DNA of 63,746 nt, filler included, from Octopus bimaculoides (GCF_001194135.2; 5 parts of 5 records of this genome joined end to end with filler, not necessarily neighbours in it), one strand, 5' to 3'; positions 51,300 through 62,508 are shown, counted from the whole stretch's first letter. Numbers and translations are program-made. Notes: generated from the letters alone by a model not told the origin.

Positions 51300-51580
51300 A
51301 TGCGCGTGATTTGGTGGTTACGGATTTTAGGCTCACGATCCTAAAGTTGAGAGTTCCATTTGTGACAGCACATCTTGTCCTTGGTCAAGATATTTTATGT
51401 CACGTTGCTCTAATCCAGCTGGCAAAAATGAATTGTTACATTCTGCGTCACTGCTAAAGCTCCCTGAGAATTATATTAAGTGCACGCGTACTTTTGGAAT
51501 ACTCAGGCCCTTGCCCGTTAATCTCACGAACAGGCTCTTCCGGAACCCTCGTCGTCGTAAGCGACGGACTAACCGTTTTC
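51300..51580 (+). mobile_element. tRNA-derived SINE family D
   Basis: tRNA-like head, GTCCTTGGTCAAGAT..CACGTTGCTCTAATCCAGCTGGCAAAAATG core and GAACCCTCGTCGTCGTAA tail; homologous to 60390-60690 on the opposite strand. Confidence 0.7.
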
Positions 51581-53269
51581 GTCATATGTGAATCTATTTA
51601 GATCTAACATATAAATAATGCACAGCTTAATCGCATCTAGTTTTCCGTTGCATGATGTGTAATATGTAATATTTAGTTTATGCGATACAGAATAAAATAC
51701 AGTGTAACTTGTTTTCTATAGATTCCGTTTATAATTTTCTGTGTGATATTAGCGTCTCTGCTAATATTTTCACCTGAAATAGCTACTTATTGTAATTAAT
51801 GTAATTGAGTCATGTTTCAATGTAAAAATGCAAGACGTTATTCTGATGGGTTTTACACTTATCATTGAGAAAATTCTGGATTGCTTAGAAAGAAAACTCA
51901 CAAAAAATAAATTTGTCGGAAAGCAGTCTCTGCGCCTCCTTGAATACCCAATATGTAGTTGATTGGTGCGCTGTTAAACAAAGGACAAAACTAGTGGCTG
52001 CTGCTACCGTTGCCATCATTAGCCGAAGATAAATTATGATAACCTTGAGTTATTCACTACGTCACATTAAAAAATGGCTGATAAGTGATGAGGCTTATTG
52101 TAATTGTAAGGCATTTGTCAAAATGAGTCTAAGTAATAAACATATAAAATAGTTAGAGGTAATATCTGATTACAAAACATTTAGACAGTAAGTAGATCAA
52201 TGCGTGTGCTTACTGTAACTTTATGACTGACTCTACAGGAATACAGTGATGCTGGCATATTTTAGTCAGCTGTATTATTGCAAGAAGACAGTTGCTGTCA
52301 ACGTCCGCTATATTGGCAAAATCATAACATTTCCTGTCAAATTACTTGGCAAACTTAATTTCCTTTATAAAAGCAATAATTGATTATATACCTACAGCAT
52401 ATCATCTTATTCCATTTTCTTCGTGTGTTTCTTGACTGTGTAAGAAAAACAACGCCATTTTTTTTCTCAATCTGCGTCAGTGACTAGCAAATATAACACC
52501 AACTTTAATTGAAACTATATTTCTGTACGTGCAGTAGATGTCATGAATACATGCTTTAAACAATTTATTTCCCACTGAAATTAGTATTTCAAGTGACATT
52601 TATTTGATATTCTGGAACGATTATCCGACTCATGTACTTCGTCAAATATCAATTTTTTTCAAAGGCATCAACCATTAGAAACAAGCCGAAAACAAACTGT
52701 TCAACTGTAAAGTAGATTACAACTTCGTAATAACAATGTTTTCAGGCAATATAATCTCAGTTAACTCTTACTAAGGGAACTGTTAAAAGAAAAACAAAAA
52801 GAAAGAAAGAAAGAACCCAGAAAAATAAAACGAACTTAAATACAAGCTGATTCATTTATAATTTAAAAGTGGGGAGTCAGGTAGTTATATTTACAGAGGT
52901 AGTAGTATAATGTAAAACTGCACTTCATACTCTGAGTTCAAATCCTACAAGTGATAAATAATTGCTTTTTGATTCAGCGGCCGATAAATTAAATGCTGGT
53001 CAGCTGCAGTGGTCATTAAATATGACGATTCACTCTCGTTAAAATATTTGTGGCTTTCTGTCAATGGCGGGAGTTTGCACGATGTGATAATAAACTTTAT
53101 TAACATCACTATTTTCATGCTGTACAATTTTTTTTCCATAGATTTAGATATATCCATCACGACCGCAAGTTTCTCTTTATGTATCAATCTATCAATCGCT
53201 CAATCAATCAACCAATCAATCGATCAATCAATCTATCGATGTACCTGTCTGTCTGTCTATCTACTTGTG

Positions 53270-53337
<68 letters not shown>

Positions 53338-53338
53338 A

Positions 53339-55410
53339 GGTTACTTTAATGGCCAAATTGGGAGGAATGATGCTCTGTTCATCTATAACAAGGAGACTAA
53401 CCGGAACGGGATAAAAGTAAATGATTTTGCTCACTAGTTCCAACGTCAGATTGCAAACGCAAGGTTCGTGGAACACTCAAAGCGTTTGTGGACATTGCAG
53501 CACCCATCTGGATCTTATTCACAAACTGACTACCTACTTGTGAGAAACATGTGGAAGAGCAGTGTCCGAAATGCACAGGCATACTGCTCCTTCGCATCTA
53601 TTGGCTCAGGTCATAGAGTTGTTTCCATATGCACAGCTATCGGCCTTAGATTATCCAAACCACCAGTCCCCAACGCCATGAAACAGGTGGACTGGTCCAA
53701 GTTATCATCAGATAAAAACGTAGCGCACGCATTTGCACTAGATGTAAAAAAATACGTTTTGAAATGTTCTCAGGACACACTGACGACATTGAAAGACAAT
53801 ATGATAACCTCGTAACAGCCACAGAAGAAATTGCCCTTTCAAATTACCAAAGAAGAGAAGAATAACTCACAGATCAATTCTTGCAGATGTCCGTGCGAGA
53901 GAAGCAAGGAAGCATCTAAAAATATCAAAACATGAACAGAACATGAACAGAACATGAACAGAAAATGAACAGAAAATGAACAGAACATGAACAGAACATG
54001 AACAGAACATGAACAGAGGACTACTAAAAATAACTTCAAAGATGCTTTCAAAGCTCAAGGAACACTTGATGCGGCATAAGCTAATGTAGAAACAAACTAC
54101 ATTCTAGCTGAGATTAACAAAATTTCTAACTTCCATACTGCAAAGCAACATACTGTAGTATGGAAATGAATAAACACGCTAACTGGAAGAAAAGTTAAGC
54201 CCTCCATCAGGCTTAAAGGTGGTTTCTCTGAAAAGCGCAAGGCCAACTGGTGTGACCACTTTCAGAAACTTCTTGGAGATCCTAGTACAAACCAGCGGTC
54301 TTCCACTTCCTTTACACCAAATATCTAATATATTAGACACCAACACGGACCTTTTCACACCGAATGAGCTCAAAGTAGCTCTCAGTAGTTTTGCTAGCAA
54401 TAAATCTCGAGGACTCGATAACGTACCAGAATTACTGTGGAAAGATCGAATCTTTCATGAAACCTTACTAAGTTTCTGAAACGACACATATGCGCATCAT
54501 TTGCCTCCATCAGCTTGGTTGAAGGAATTGTCCCTGTCCCCCCAAAAAAGTGATCTAACAAGTGCAGCAAATCACAGAGGTATTACTCTTATCCCAATTG
54601 CAGCAAAAGTTTATAACAAACTTCTGCTTAGTTGGATTGTACCTATGCTAGATCCACTTCTTCGTAAGAATGAGAATGGATTTAGAAGGGGCCGGTCAAC
54701 AACTGCTCAAATCCTCTCCATCCGTCGCATACTGGAAGAAATGAATAAGTTTAACAAGAGCGTCGCAATCTATCTTGTCAACTTCCGCAAAGCATTTGAT
54801 TCCATCAGAGAGATCTTATGTTTAAAATCCTGGTGCTCTATGGTATTCTTCCTAGGAATTTTGATGCTATCAGAGCTTTGTACACAAACAGCACTGCCAC
54901 TGTTATATCCCTTGATGGAGAGACTGATTTCTTTGAAGTTGAAGCAGGTGTTCTGCTGGGTGATATACCAGCTCCTTTCTTGTTCATCTTTGTTACCGAC
55001 TATATTCTACCCATTTCCCTAGACGGTATGGAAAAGAGGGACTCCTTTTGAAACCCCACCAGAACAGGCAGCATTGTGCACAATATTTAACTGATCTTGA
55101 CTCTGCTGACGGTCTTGCCTTGATAACCCATTCTATTAAAGATGCAGAATTTTTGTTACAAGCAATGGAGAAAGCAGCAAACCAGGTCGGACTTTACTGC
55201 AATGAAAGTAAGACAGAGTTTATCACGACCTCTTCCAAGTTAACTGAACTTAAATCGCTCCGTAATATATCAATCCCAAACGTTGATGACTTCACATAAC
55301 TTGGATCACACAGAGTAGACTCCCAAAAGGACTTTCGCATCTGCAAAGTTATTGCTTGTGATGTATATAACAGACTTGATAAGATCTGGCACTCAAACCT
55401 TCCACCTACG
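53339..55410 (+). mobile_element. Decayed RTE-clade LINE (APE endonuclease C-half plus reverse transcriptase), 5'- and 3'-truncated, frameshifted
   Basis: APE motifs: GYFNGQIG (=GDFN), WTLQHPSG..QTDYLL, SIGSGHRVV (=SDH). RT motifs: NHRGITLIPIAAKVYNK, ENGFRRGRSTT, FRKAFDSI, GVLLGDIPAPFLF (=QGD), LTDLDSADGLAL (=FADD), LGSH..DSQKDF..LDKIWHSNLP. Multiple stops and frameshifts. Confidence 0.92.
53929..54016. repeat. 11-bp tandem repeat AACATGAACAG x8 inside the RTE LINE
   Basis: Units 4 and 5 carry the variant AAAATGAACAG. Confidence 0.92.
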
Positions 55411-55492
55411 TTTTAAAAGTCAAAATATTTAGAACACTGCTTGTATAAATATTCGTATGTATAAATCTATATAAGTGCGTGCGTATGTGTAT

Positions 55493-55576
55493 GCATATAT
55501 ATCGTTTATATGCATATATATCGTTTATATGCATATATATCGTTTATATGCATATATATCGTTTATATGCATATAT
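55493..55576. repeat. 19-bp tandem repeat GCATATATATCGTTTATAT x4.4
   Basis: Read directly from the sequence. Confidence 0.9.
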
Positions 55577-55665
55577 GAATGCATACGTATAGGTCTATAC
55601 GTATATATACATGCGTATACATATGTATATGTATAAATATGCAAATGTATATATATATGTATACG

Positions 55666-55768
<103 letters not shown>

Positions 55769-56443
55769 NNNNNNNNNNNNNNNNNNNNNNNNNNNNNNNN
55801 NNNNNNNNNNNNNNNNNNNNNNNNNNNNNNNNNNNNNNNNNNNNNNNNNNNNNNNNNNNNNNNNNNNNNNNNNNNNNNNNNNNNNNNNNNNNNNNNNNNN
55901 NNNNNNNNNNNNNNNNNNNNNNNNNNNNNNNNNNNNNNNNNNNNNNNNNNNNNNNNNNNNNNNNNNNNNNNNNNNNNNNNNNNNNNNNNNNNNNNNNNNN
56001 NNNNNNNNNNNNNNNNNNNNNNNNNNNNNNNNNNNNNNNNNNNNNNNNNNNNNNNNNNNNNNNNNNNNNNNNNNNNNNNNNNNNNNNNNNNNNNNNNNNN
56101 NNNNNNNNNNNNNNNNNNNNNNNNNNNNNNNNNNNNNNNNNNNNNNNNNNNNNNNNNNNNNNNNNNNNNNNNNNNNNNNNNNNNNNNNNNNNNNNNNNNN
56201 NNNNNNNNNNNNNNNNNNNNNNNNNNNNNNNNNNNNNNNNNNNNNNNNNNNNNNNNNNNNNNNNNNNNNNNNNNNNNNNNNNNNNNNNNNNNNNNNNNNN
56301 NNNNNNNNNNNNNNNNNNNNNNNNNNNNNNNNNNNNNNNNNNNNNNNNNNNNNNNNNNNNNNNNNNNNNNNNNNNNNNNNNNNNNNNNNNNNNNNNNNNN
56401 NNNNNNNNNNNNNNNNNNNNNNNNNNNNNNNNNNNNNNNNNAT

Positions 56444-56477
<34 letters not shown>

Positions 56478-56545
56478 ATACATATATATACATATACATA
56501 TATATATATATATGAATATATATATATAGATAGATATATAGATAG

Positions 56546-56576
<31 letters not shown>

Positions 56577-57075
56577 GATAGATCACTTAAGTAACAACAC
56601 AAAAGTAAATAAAATGTTTCCACGAAACTACACGATTAATTTGAACTCTAGGGGCCAATGAAATAATAATTTTATCAACATCGTAAACATCAATAATAAT
56701 TATTAAAATACGACTATAAAAATAATACTAAAAAAAAACCAAATGACAACTAAACTGTTTCTTTTTTCTTTTAAATTAATATTTATTGTTGTAAAAATTA
56801 TGGCTAAAACAAGTTTAGACATTAAACCTAAGCAACGTTAGATATGTCTATATATAAATCGCTATCCCATGTAGTAAGGCAATTCCGGAAGTATGTGTGC
56901 GGATAGAAAACTTCATTTTAATAATATTGATTTTTTTTAAAAACGGAAATACAGTTTTGAAACATGGAAGTAAGGAAAAACATACCAGAAAACTAAACAT
57001 ACAGAATGTACACAATATAATGTATATATCTACAATACCTGACTACACACACACACATGTAAATATGTGTGTGTT

Positions 57076-57107
<32 letters not shown>

Positions 57108-57156
57108 AGTGTGCGTGCTTGCGTGCGTATACATATGTGTATATGTATGTGCATGC

Positions 57157-57198
<42 letters not shown>

Positions 57199-57242
57199 AT
57201 GAATGAATATATTCATAAGTATTAATAAATGCCTATAACAAG

Positions 57243-57452
57243 TCAGTGAGCTGACAGAATCGTGAGCACATCGGGTAAAAGGGTTAGCGGCGTTTTGTTT
57301 ATTTTATGTTTCGTGTTCAAATTCCGCCGAAGTCGACTTTGCCTTTCATCCTTTCGGTTGTCGATAAAAAATTGCTAGTTGAGTAATGGGATCGATTTAA
57401 TCCACGTAGAACCTCCCCAAACCTACTGGCCTTGTAGCAAAACTGGACACCA
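57243..57452 (+). mobile_element. SINE family B
   Basis: GAGCTGACAGAATCG..GTTCAAATTCCGCCGAAGTCGACTTTGCCTTTCATCCTTTCGG. Confidence 0.8.
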
Positions 57453-57496
57453 ATAAATACATATAATAATATACATTTACACACACACATATATTT

Positions 57497-57612
57497 TTTC
57501 TTCTTTTACCTGTTTAGGCCATTTGAGTGCCGCCATGCTGGACTACCACCTGTAGTCTAAATAATCGACCCCAGAACTTACTCTTCGTAAGCATAGTACT
57601 TATTCTATCGGT
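57497..57612 (-). mobile_element. SINE family A, 3' part
   Basis: Reverse complement of the family-A 3' region; cut by an assembly join. Confidence 0.75.
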
Positions 57613-57712
57613 NNNNNNNNNNNNNNNNNNNNNNNNNNNNNNNNNNNNNNNNNNNNTTAATTAATTAANNNNNNNNNNNNNNNNNNNNNNNNNNNNNNNN
57701 NNNNNNNNNNNN

Positions 57713-57750
<38 letters not shown>

Positions 57751-57784
57751 TATGTATGTGTGTGTGTGTGTGTGTGTGAGTGTG

Positions 57785-57935
57785 TGTGTATGTGTTTATG
57801 TATGTGTTTGTTACCCATCACCACAAGTACCAGGCTTAAAAAGATCATATACTGGGGTTGATTTGCTTGACTAAAACCCTCCAAAGTAATGCCCCTGCAT
57901 GGCCACGGTCCTAAAACTGAAACAAGTGGGAGAGA
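57785..57935 (+). mobile_element. SINE family A, 3' fragment
   Basis: AAGTACCAGGCTT..CTGGGGTTGATTTGCTTGACTAAA..GCATGGCCACGGTC..CTGAAACAAGT. Confidence 0.7.
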
Positions 57936-58174
57936 AAAGGTATATGCCTGAAATGTAACTGCTGCAGTTTGGAAAAAATTATTCAAACAAGTGAGACAAC
58001 TTTTTTTCTTTTTAAGCATAAAATGTGGTCTGATGAATTTACTCTCACATTTCTTGTTAGCAGCTGACATTAGGAAGTGGATGCAGCCTTGAAAATCTCC
58101 TTAAAGTCATGATGTCAGCCGTTGACACAAATGTTGAGAGTGAACTTATCAAACCACATCACTGTCGTCGTCGT

Positions 58175-58232
58175 TATCATCATCATCATCATCATTTAAT
58201 GTCCATTTTCGATGTTGGCATGGGTTGGATGG
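58175..58232 (-). mobile_element. SINE family C, 3' tip
   Basis: (CAT)n TTTAATGTCCATTTTCGATGTTGGCATGGGTTGGA is the reverse complement of the family-C tail. Confidence 0.65.
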
Positions 58233-58407
58233 TACCAGTTACACAACACTGGCATCAGCTTTAATTACGATTTAACTTGGCTTCATGGGTCTGCTCCAAA
58301 TAATTTCTCTTACTCGGTCGAATCAATTTTTCCAACCTACATCTGTTATATTTCCAGCAGACAGTTCTTTCAGACCCATTACCTTCATGGCAATATTTAA
58401 AGCTATG

Positions 58408-58790
58408 TAAGGTGAAAAACTGGCAGAATTGTTAGCATGCCAAGCAAAAATACTTCATGGTATTTTATCCATCTTTAAGTTCTGATTCAAATTCTACCAA
58501 GATTGATTTTGCTTTTCATCACTTTGTGATCAATGAAGTGCCATATTTTAATGTGTATAAGAAACCCCCTAATTTCGGAGGCTTAAATTTTGGAAAAAAA
58601 GGTTTTGTAAGAGCTTATAATTCTATCCATGTATAAGAAACTCCCATATTATTTTAACCTAATTTTTGACAAAAAAAAGGGTTCCTTATACACATTAAAA
58701 TACGATACATACCAGTCGAACACTGGGAAGTCAATTTAACCCCACTCTCTTGAAATTGCTGGCCTTGTGCCAAAACTTTCATTCATGGTT
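58408..58790 (+). mobile_element. SINE family B split by a MITE
   Basis: 5' part 58408-58540 and 3' part 58706-58790 are colinear with the family-B consensus. Confidence 0.75.
58541..58705. mobile_element. 165-bp MITE (Tc1/mariner/pogo-type), inserted in a SINE
   Basis: 27-bp TIRs at 58541-58567 and 58679-58705 (24/27 match), flanked by TG and TA (eroded TA TSD). It splits a family-B SINE at AAGT|ACCAG. Confidence 0.8.
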
Positions 58791-59004
58791 ATTATTTTAA
58801 TGTATGATTAGATACTTCAGGCCAAACAACCTTTTAATACCATTTTTGATCATGTAAAAGGAAAATTAACAAGTATTCTTGCATAAATGTAACTGAATCT
58901 GGTTACATTTTTCTTTTTCATTTTTTTTTTTTTTTGTTATATCTACAGTTTTATAAATAAGTTGTTTGGTGAAACAAATGATATAATAAGGACATTGGTG
59001 TTGG

Positions 59005-59422
59005 CTATGGTGGTGGTGGTGGTGATGGTGGTGGTGGTGGTGGTGGTGATGATGATGACGATGATGATGATGATGAGGAAGAGGAGGAGGAGGAGGAGGA
59101 GGATGGCAACAGGGATGACAACAGAAGAGGCCAGTGGTGGTGGTTGCAATGGTGATAGAGCTGTGGTTGTTGTTGATGCTGCTGCTGCTGTTGTTGTTGC
59201 TGTTGTGGTAGTTGTTGTTGTTGTTGATGAAGCTGCTGCTGCTGTTGTTGTTGTTGTGATGGTAGTAGTGGCAACAGTAGTGGCAGTGGCAGCAGTAACA
59301 TCACCGCCATCGTCAACAACGATGATGACGATGATGACGACGACGACGATGAGGGTGGTGTTGATGATGATAATGATGATGATGACGATAATGATGATGA
59401 TGATGATGAATGATGATGATGA
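59005..59422. repeat. Mosaic of in-register trinucleotide repeats (GGT, GAT, GAG, GTT, GCT, GAC) in the last GRXCR intron
   Basis: Read directly from the sequence; explains ORFs 58962..59432 and 59005..59463. Confidence 0.9.
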
Positions 59423-59454
59423 AATTTGTTAAATATAATCAATTTATTCATCCT

Positions 59455-59476
59455 TTTTTTCATTTTTTTTTTCCAG
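59455..59476 (+). promoter_or_regulatory. 3' splice acceptor of the GRXCR-like last exon
   Basis: Long T tract followed by CCAG, immediately before the in-frame conserved domain. Confidence 0.8.
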
Positions 59477-59662
59477 AAAATTACAGTGCAAACAGAATGT
59501 TCAAAATGTGGTGGATATAATTATGTCCCATGCTCAGTGTGTCATGGAAGCAAGCGCTCCATTCATCGGAATAATTTCACAGAAGAATTTGCAGAACTCC
59601 GCTGTGTTTTTTGTGACGAAAACGGACTTTTAAAGTGTGATCATTGTCTAAATAACGAATAG
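59477..59662 (+). CDS. GRXCR1: Terminal coding exon of a glutaredoxin domain-containing cysteine-rich protein (GRXCR1 / Drosophila CG31559-like), C-terminal 4xCxxC zinc-finger-like domain
   Basis: A polypyrimidine tract plus CCAG acceptor ends at 59476. The phase-0 exon reads KITVQTECSKCGGYNYVPCSVCHGSKRSIHRNNFTEEFAELRCVFCDENGLLKCDHCLNNE* (TAG at 59660-59662). This matches the GRXCR1-family C-terminus as I recall it (CxxCGG..PCSVCHGSK.S..RN.FT..F..L.C..C.ENGL..C..C). The symbol is a family-level assignment only. Confidence 0.9.
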   Translation, partial: KITVQTECSKCGGYNYVPCSVCHGSKRSIHRNNFTEEFAELRCVFCDENGLLKCDHCLNNE

Positions 59663-59989
59663 ACGACTGGTCAGAAATTGGTTTCGGAATATCCCTAATC
59701 AGGTGTAAACCTAAAAAAAAAAAGAAAGAAGAAAATAAAGAGCGGAGAAAGAAAAAGGAGAAAAAAACAAAGAAGTTTTGTGTTTCTTTCTCATTGGTTA
59801 TATTTGAATCTAACTTGTACATAAAGTCTAAGCATTCTTTCAGGAAACATGGATTCCTGGACTTTGTTCTTGTGTAGATGAATTTTTTAGTTTGTAAGTG
59901 AAGATGGTAATTTAGTTGTGTTGTACAGCTCTTTCATGTTCTGGCGCTGAGCTGCACTTTCTGCTGTTGTTGCTAAATTTTCGAAATCA

Positions 59990-60360
59990 TTCAACAGATG
60001 CTTGCGTAGTATACTTAAAATCAGATGGCCTGAACACATAAGCAATATGGAGCTATGGCAAGGAACAAATCAAGTTTCGATTAGGGAGCAAATATTTAAG
60101 AAAAAGTGGAAGTGGATTGGTAGCACAATTAGAAAGGACACACCAAATGCAGCGAAAAGTGCTTAACAGTGGAATCCGGATGGATATAGAAAGAAGGGTA
60201 GGCCTAAGAACTCGTGGCATAGATCAACACAAAAGGAACTAGAGAAAGGGGGACATTCATGGCAGAGTATAAATACAGAAGTAAAAAATTATGCGACATG
60301 GAATTCAATTAGAAGTGGCCTATACTCTGCATTGGAAGGTTAAAGGCAAGAAAGAAAGAA
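59990..60360 (+). mobile_element. 3' fragment of an RTE-clade LINE
   Basis: Reads FNRCLRSILKIRWPEHISNMELW..KWKWIG..WNPDGYRKKGRPKNSW..* (59990-60343, one internal stop), the typical RTE ORF C-terminus, followed by a (GAAA)n tail. Confidence 0.88.
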
Positions 60361-60389
60361 AAACAAAAAAGTGAAGATAACCTGGTTCG

Positions 60390-60690
60390 CCATCAGTTAT
60401 GACAAGTATTTCAGTTGATGCGATCAATGGAACAGCCTACTTGTGAAATTAACATGTAGGTGACTGAGTACTCCACAGACATGTGTATCATTAGTATAGT
60501 TTTCAGGGAGATTCAGTGAGATATACTGAATGTGACAAGGCTGGTACTTTTGAATTACTGGTATGATTCATTTCTGCTGGCTGAGTGGACTGGGGCAACG
60601 TGAAATAGAGTGTCTTGCTTAAGGACTCAGTGTGCCACTGGGAGTCGAACTCACAACCTCATGAAAGCCTTATCTACTAAGTCAGGTTTC
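60390..60690 (-). mobile_element. tRNA-derived SINE family D
   Basis: Minus strand GTGAGTTCGACTCCC (B box)..TTAAGCAAGACAC..TTCACGTTGCCCCAGTCCACTCAGCC. Confidence 0.75.
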
Positions 60691-60699
60691 TATCTTGAA

Positions 60700-60984
60700 G
60701 AAAAGGAGAAACACTCCTTAAGGAGGCAATAAATGAAGGACCATTCACAAAACATGTGGAACCCAAGAAGAGAAAAACCAGAAAATGTGCAAAGAGGAAA
60801 TCAAACTTTGAAGGACATAAAAATGCTTCACTTAGGTGCTTTTCAAAAACAGAATAGTAACGTCAAATGACAAGAACAGCTGGTTTATTGTTATGGAAAA
60901 AGAGCACAGAAGAAAGAGACTGAAGGAATGACATTGGTGGCATAGAGAAAAAAAGCCTTAAGGATAAATTGGATGAAATGGATG
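60700..60984 (+). mobile_element. RLE-type (R4/NeSL/R2-group) LINE remnant, left part
   Basis: Degenerate translation MLHLGAF...KKETEGMTLVA*RKKALRINWMKWM resembles the LHG.F...KETEG.I.AAQEQAL.TN segment that precedes the CCHC knuckle in these elements. Confidence 0.65.
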
Positions 60985-61367
60985 GTGGTGGTGGTGGTGA
61001 TGATTGTGACGGTGATGATGATCGTGATGGTGATGATGATGATGATGATGACGATGATCGTGATGGTGGTGGTGGTGGTGGTCATCGTCGTTGTTGTCGT
61101 TATCATCATCTTCATCATCATCATCATCTTTTGACATGGTTGAACAACCAATTCCAACCAGTCGGGATTCATGTTGCACATCATAATATTCCCTCCTTTC
61201 CATCTCTAAATACAAAATGTAGCTTGCAAGATCGCCAATTGGAATAATACACCCCATCACATAAAGATTTTTATAAAAAAGCTTTAAATATAGCATGAAT
61301 ATATAAATGAAATAAAGCTAATATAGACATTTTCATTCCAAATGATATCATTATTACCCCTAACTAA

Positions 61368-61988
61368 GGTGACAAGCTGGCAGAATTGTTAACACTGTGG
61401 GCGAAATGCTTAGCGGTATTTCATCTGCCACTACGTTCTGAGTTCAAATTCCACCGAGGTCGACTTTGCCTTTCATCCTTTCGGGGTCAATTAAGTAAGT
61501 ACCAGTAATGCACTGGGGTCGATTGTCCTTGTTTGTCCCCTCTGTGTGCAGCCCCTTGTGGGTAGCAAAGAAATAAGAAACATTAGCATGCCAGATGAAA
61601 TGCTTAGCGGTATTTCCTCTGGCAGAAACATTAGCACGCCGGGCGAAATGCTTAGCGGTATTTCATCTGTCTTTACGTTCTGAGTTCAAATTCCGCCGAG
61701 GTCGACTTTGCCTTTCATCCTTTCGGGGTCGATAAATTAAGTACCAGTTACGCACTGGGGTCGATGTAATCGATTTAATCCGTTCGTCTGTTCTTGTTTG
61801 TCCCCTCTATGTTTAGCCCCTTGTGGGCAATAACGAAATAGGTATTTCCTCTGTCTTTATGTTCTGCGTTCAAATTCCGCCAAAGTTGACTTTGCTTTTC
61901 ATCATTTTGGGGTTGATAAATTAAGTACCAGTTGCATACTGGGGTCGATCTAATCGACTGCCCCCACTCCCCTATAATAGAAAGGATA
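61368..61988 (+). mobile_element. Multimeric/nested SINE family B block with a single 15-bp TSD
   Basis: Three B-box bodies and one partial head, flanked by ATTACCCCTAACTAA at 61353-61367 and 61989-62003. Confidence 0.9.
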
Positions 61989-62006
61989 ATTACCCCTAAC
62001 TAACTT

Positions 62007-62228
62007 AAAACAATTGCAGCATGGAAGGTGTTTATAAGCCATTTAAAAACACACAAAAACTGTTAGATTTACTTCGGAGATGCAGCATGGAATTTTGTCA
62101 GTGAACAGGTCACAGTCTCAAAGCGATGAAAATATTTTGGCAAATTAAATTTAAAAGTTGAAGTGAATTGAACAGTTTTTGTGTGTTTTTAAATGGCTTA
62201 TAAATACCTTCCACGCTGCAATTGTTTT
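62007..62228. mobile_element. Foldback/MITE-like element with 58-bp inverted repeats
   Basis: 62007-62064 versus the reverse complement of 62171-62228: 56/58 identity. Confidence 0.8.
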
Positions 62229-62508
62229 TGTTTCCGTACACAATCTCAGATCAGGTCACTTAAAATACATTATGCAATAATTTTCTTTATATCATGTTGA
62301 TAAATAGCACAAACTCCTGATATAACTGTATTTAGGATAAAAATAAAGATTATAAACTTAACAAAATTTTCTAATTCAATTAAACAATAATAAAATAAAA
62401 TCAATAAAAAAACACTAGCTGTAACTAAAGTAGAGTCACCACCTTACCTTTGTACGACAGTCTGTCACAATCGTGAACACAGCAACCTAACCACTTGGCC
62501 ACGCATCC

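Noticed and set aside
58962-59463. 156-aa and 152-aa ORFs on opposite strands next to the GRXCR exon
   Set aside because: Both are pure trinucleotide mosaic. The plus ORF stops before the conserved domain, and a canonical acceptor sits at 59476.
59426-59476. N-terminal part of ORF 59426..59662 (LNIINLFILFFIFFFQ)
   Set aside because: It is the intronic polypyrimidine tract; the CDS starts after the AG at 59476.
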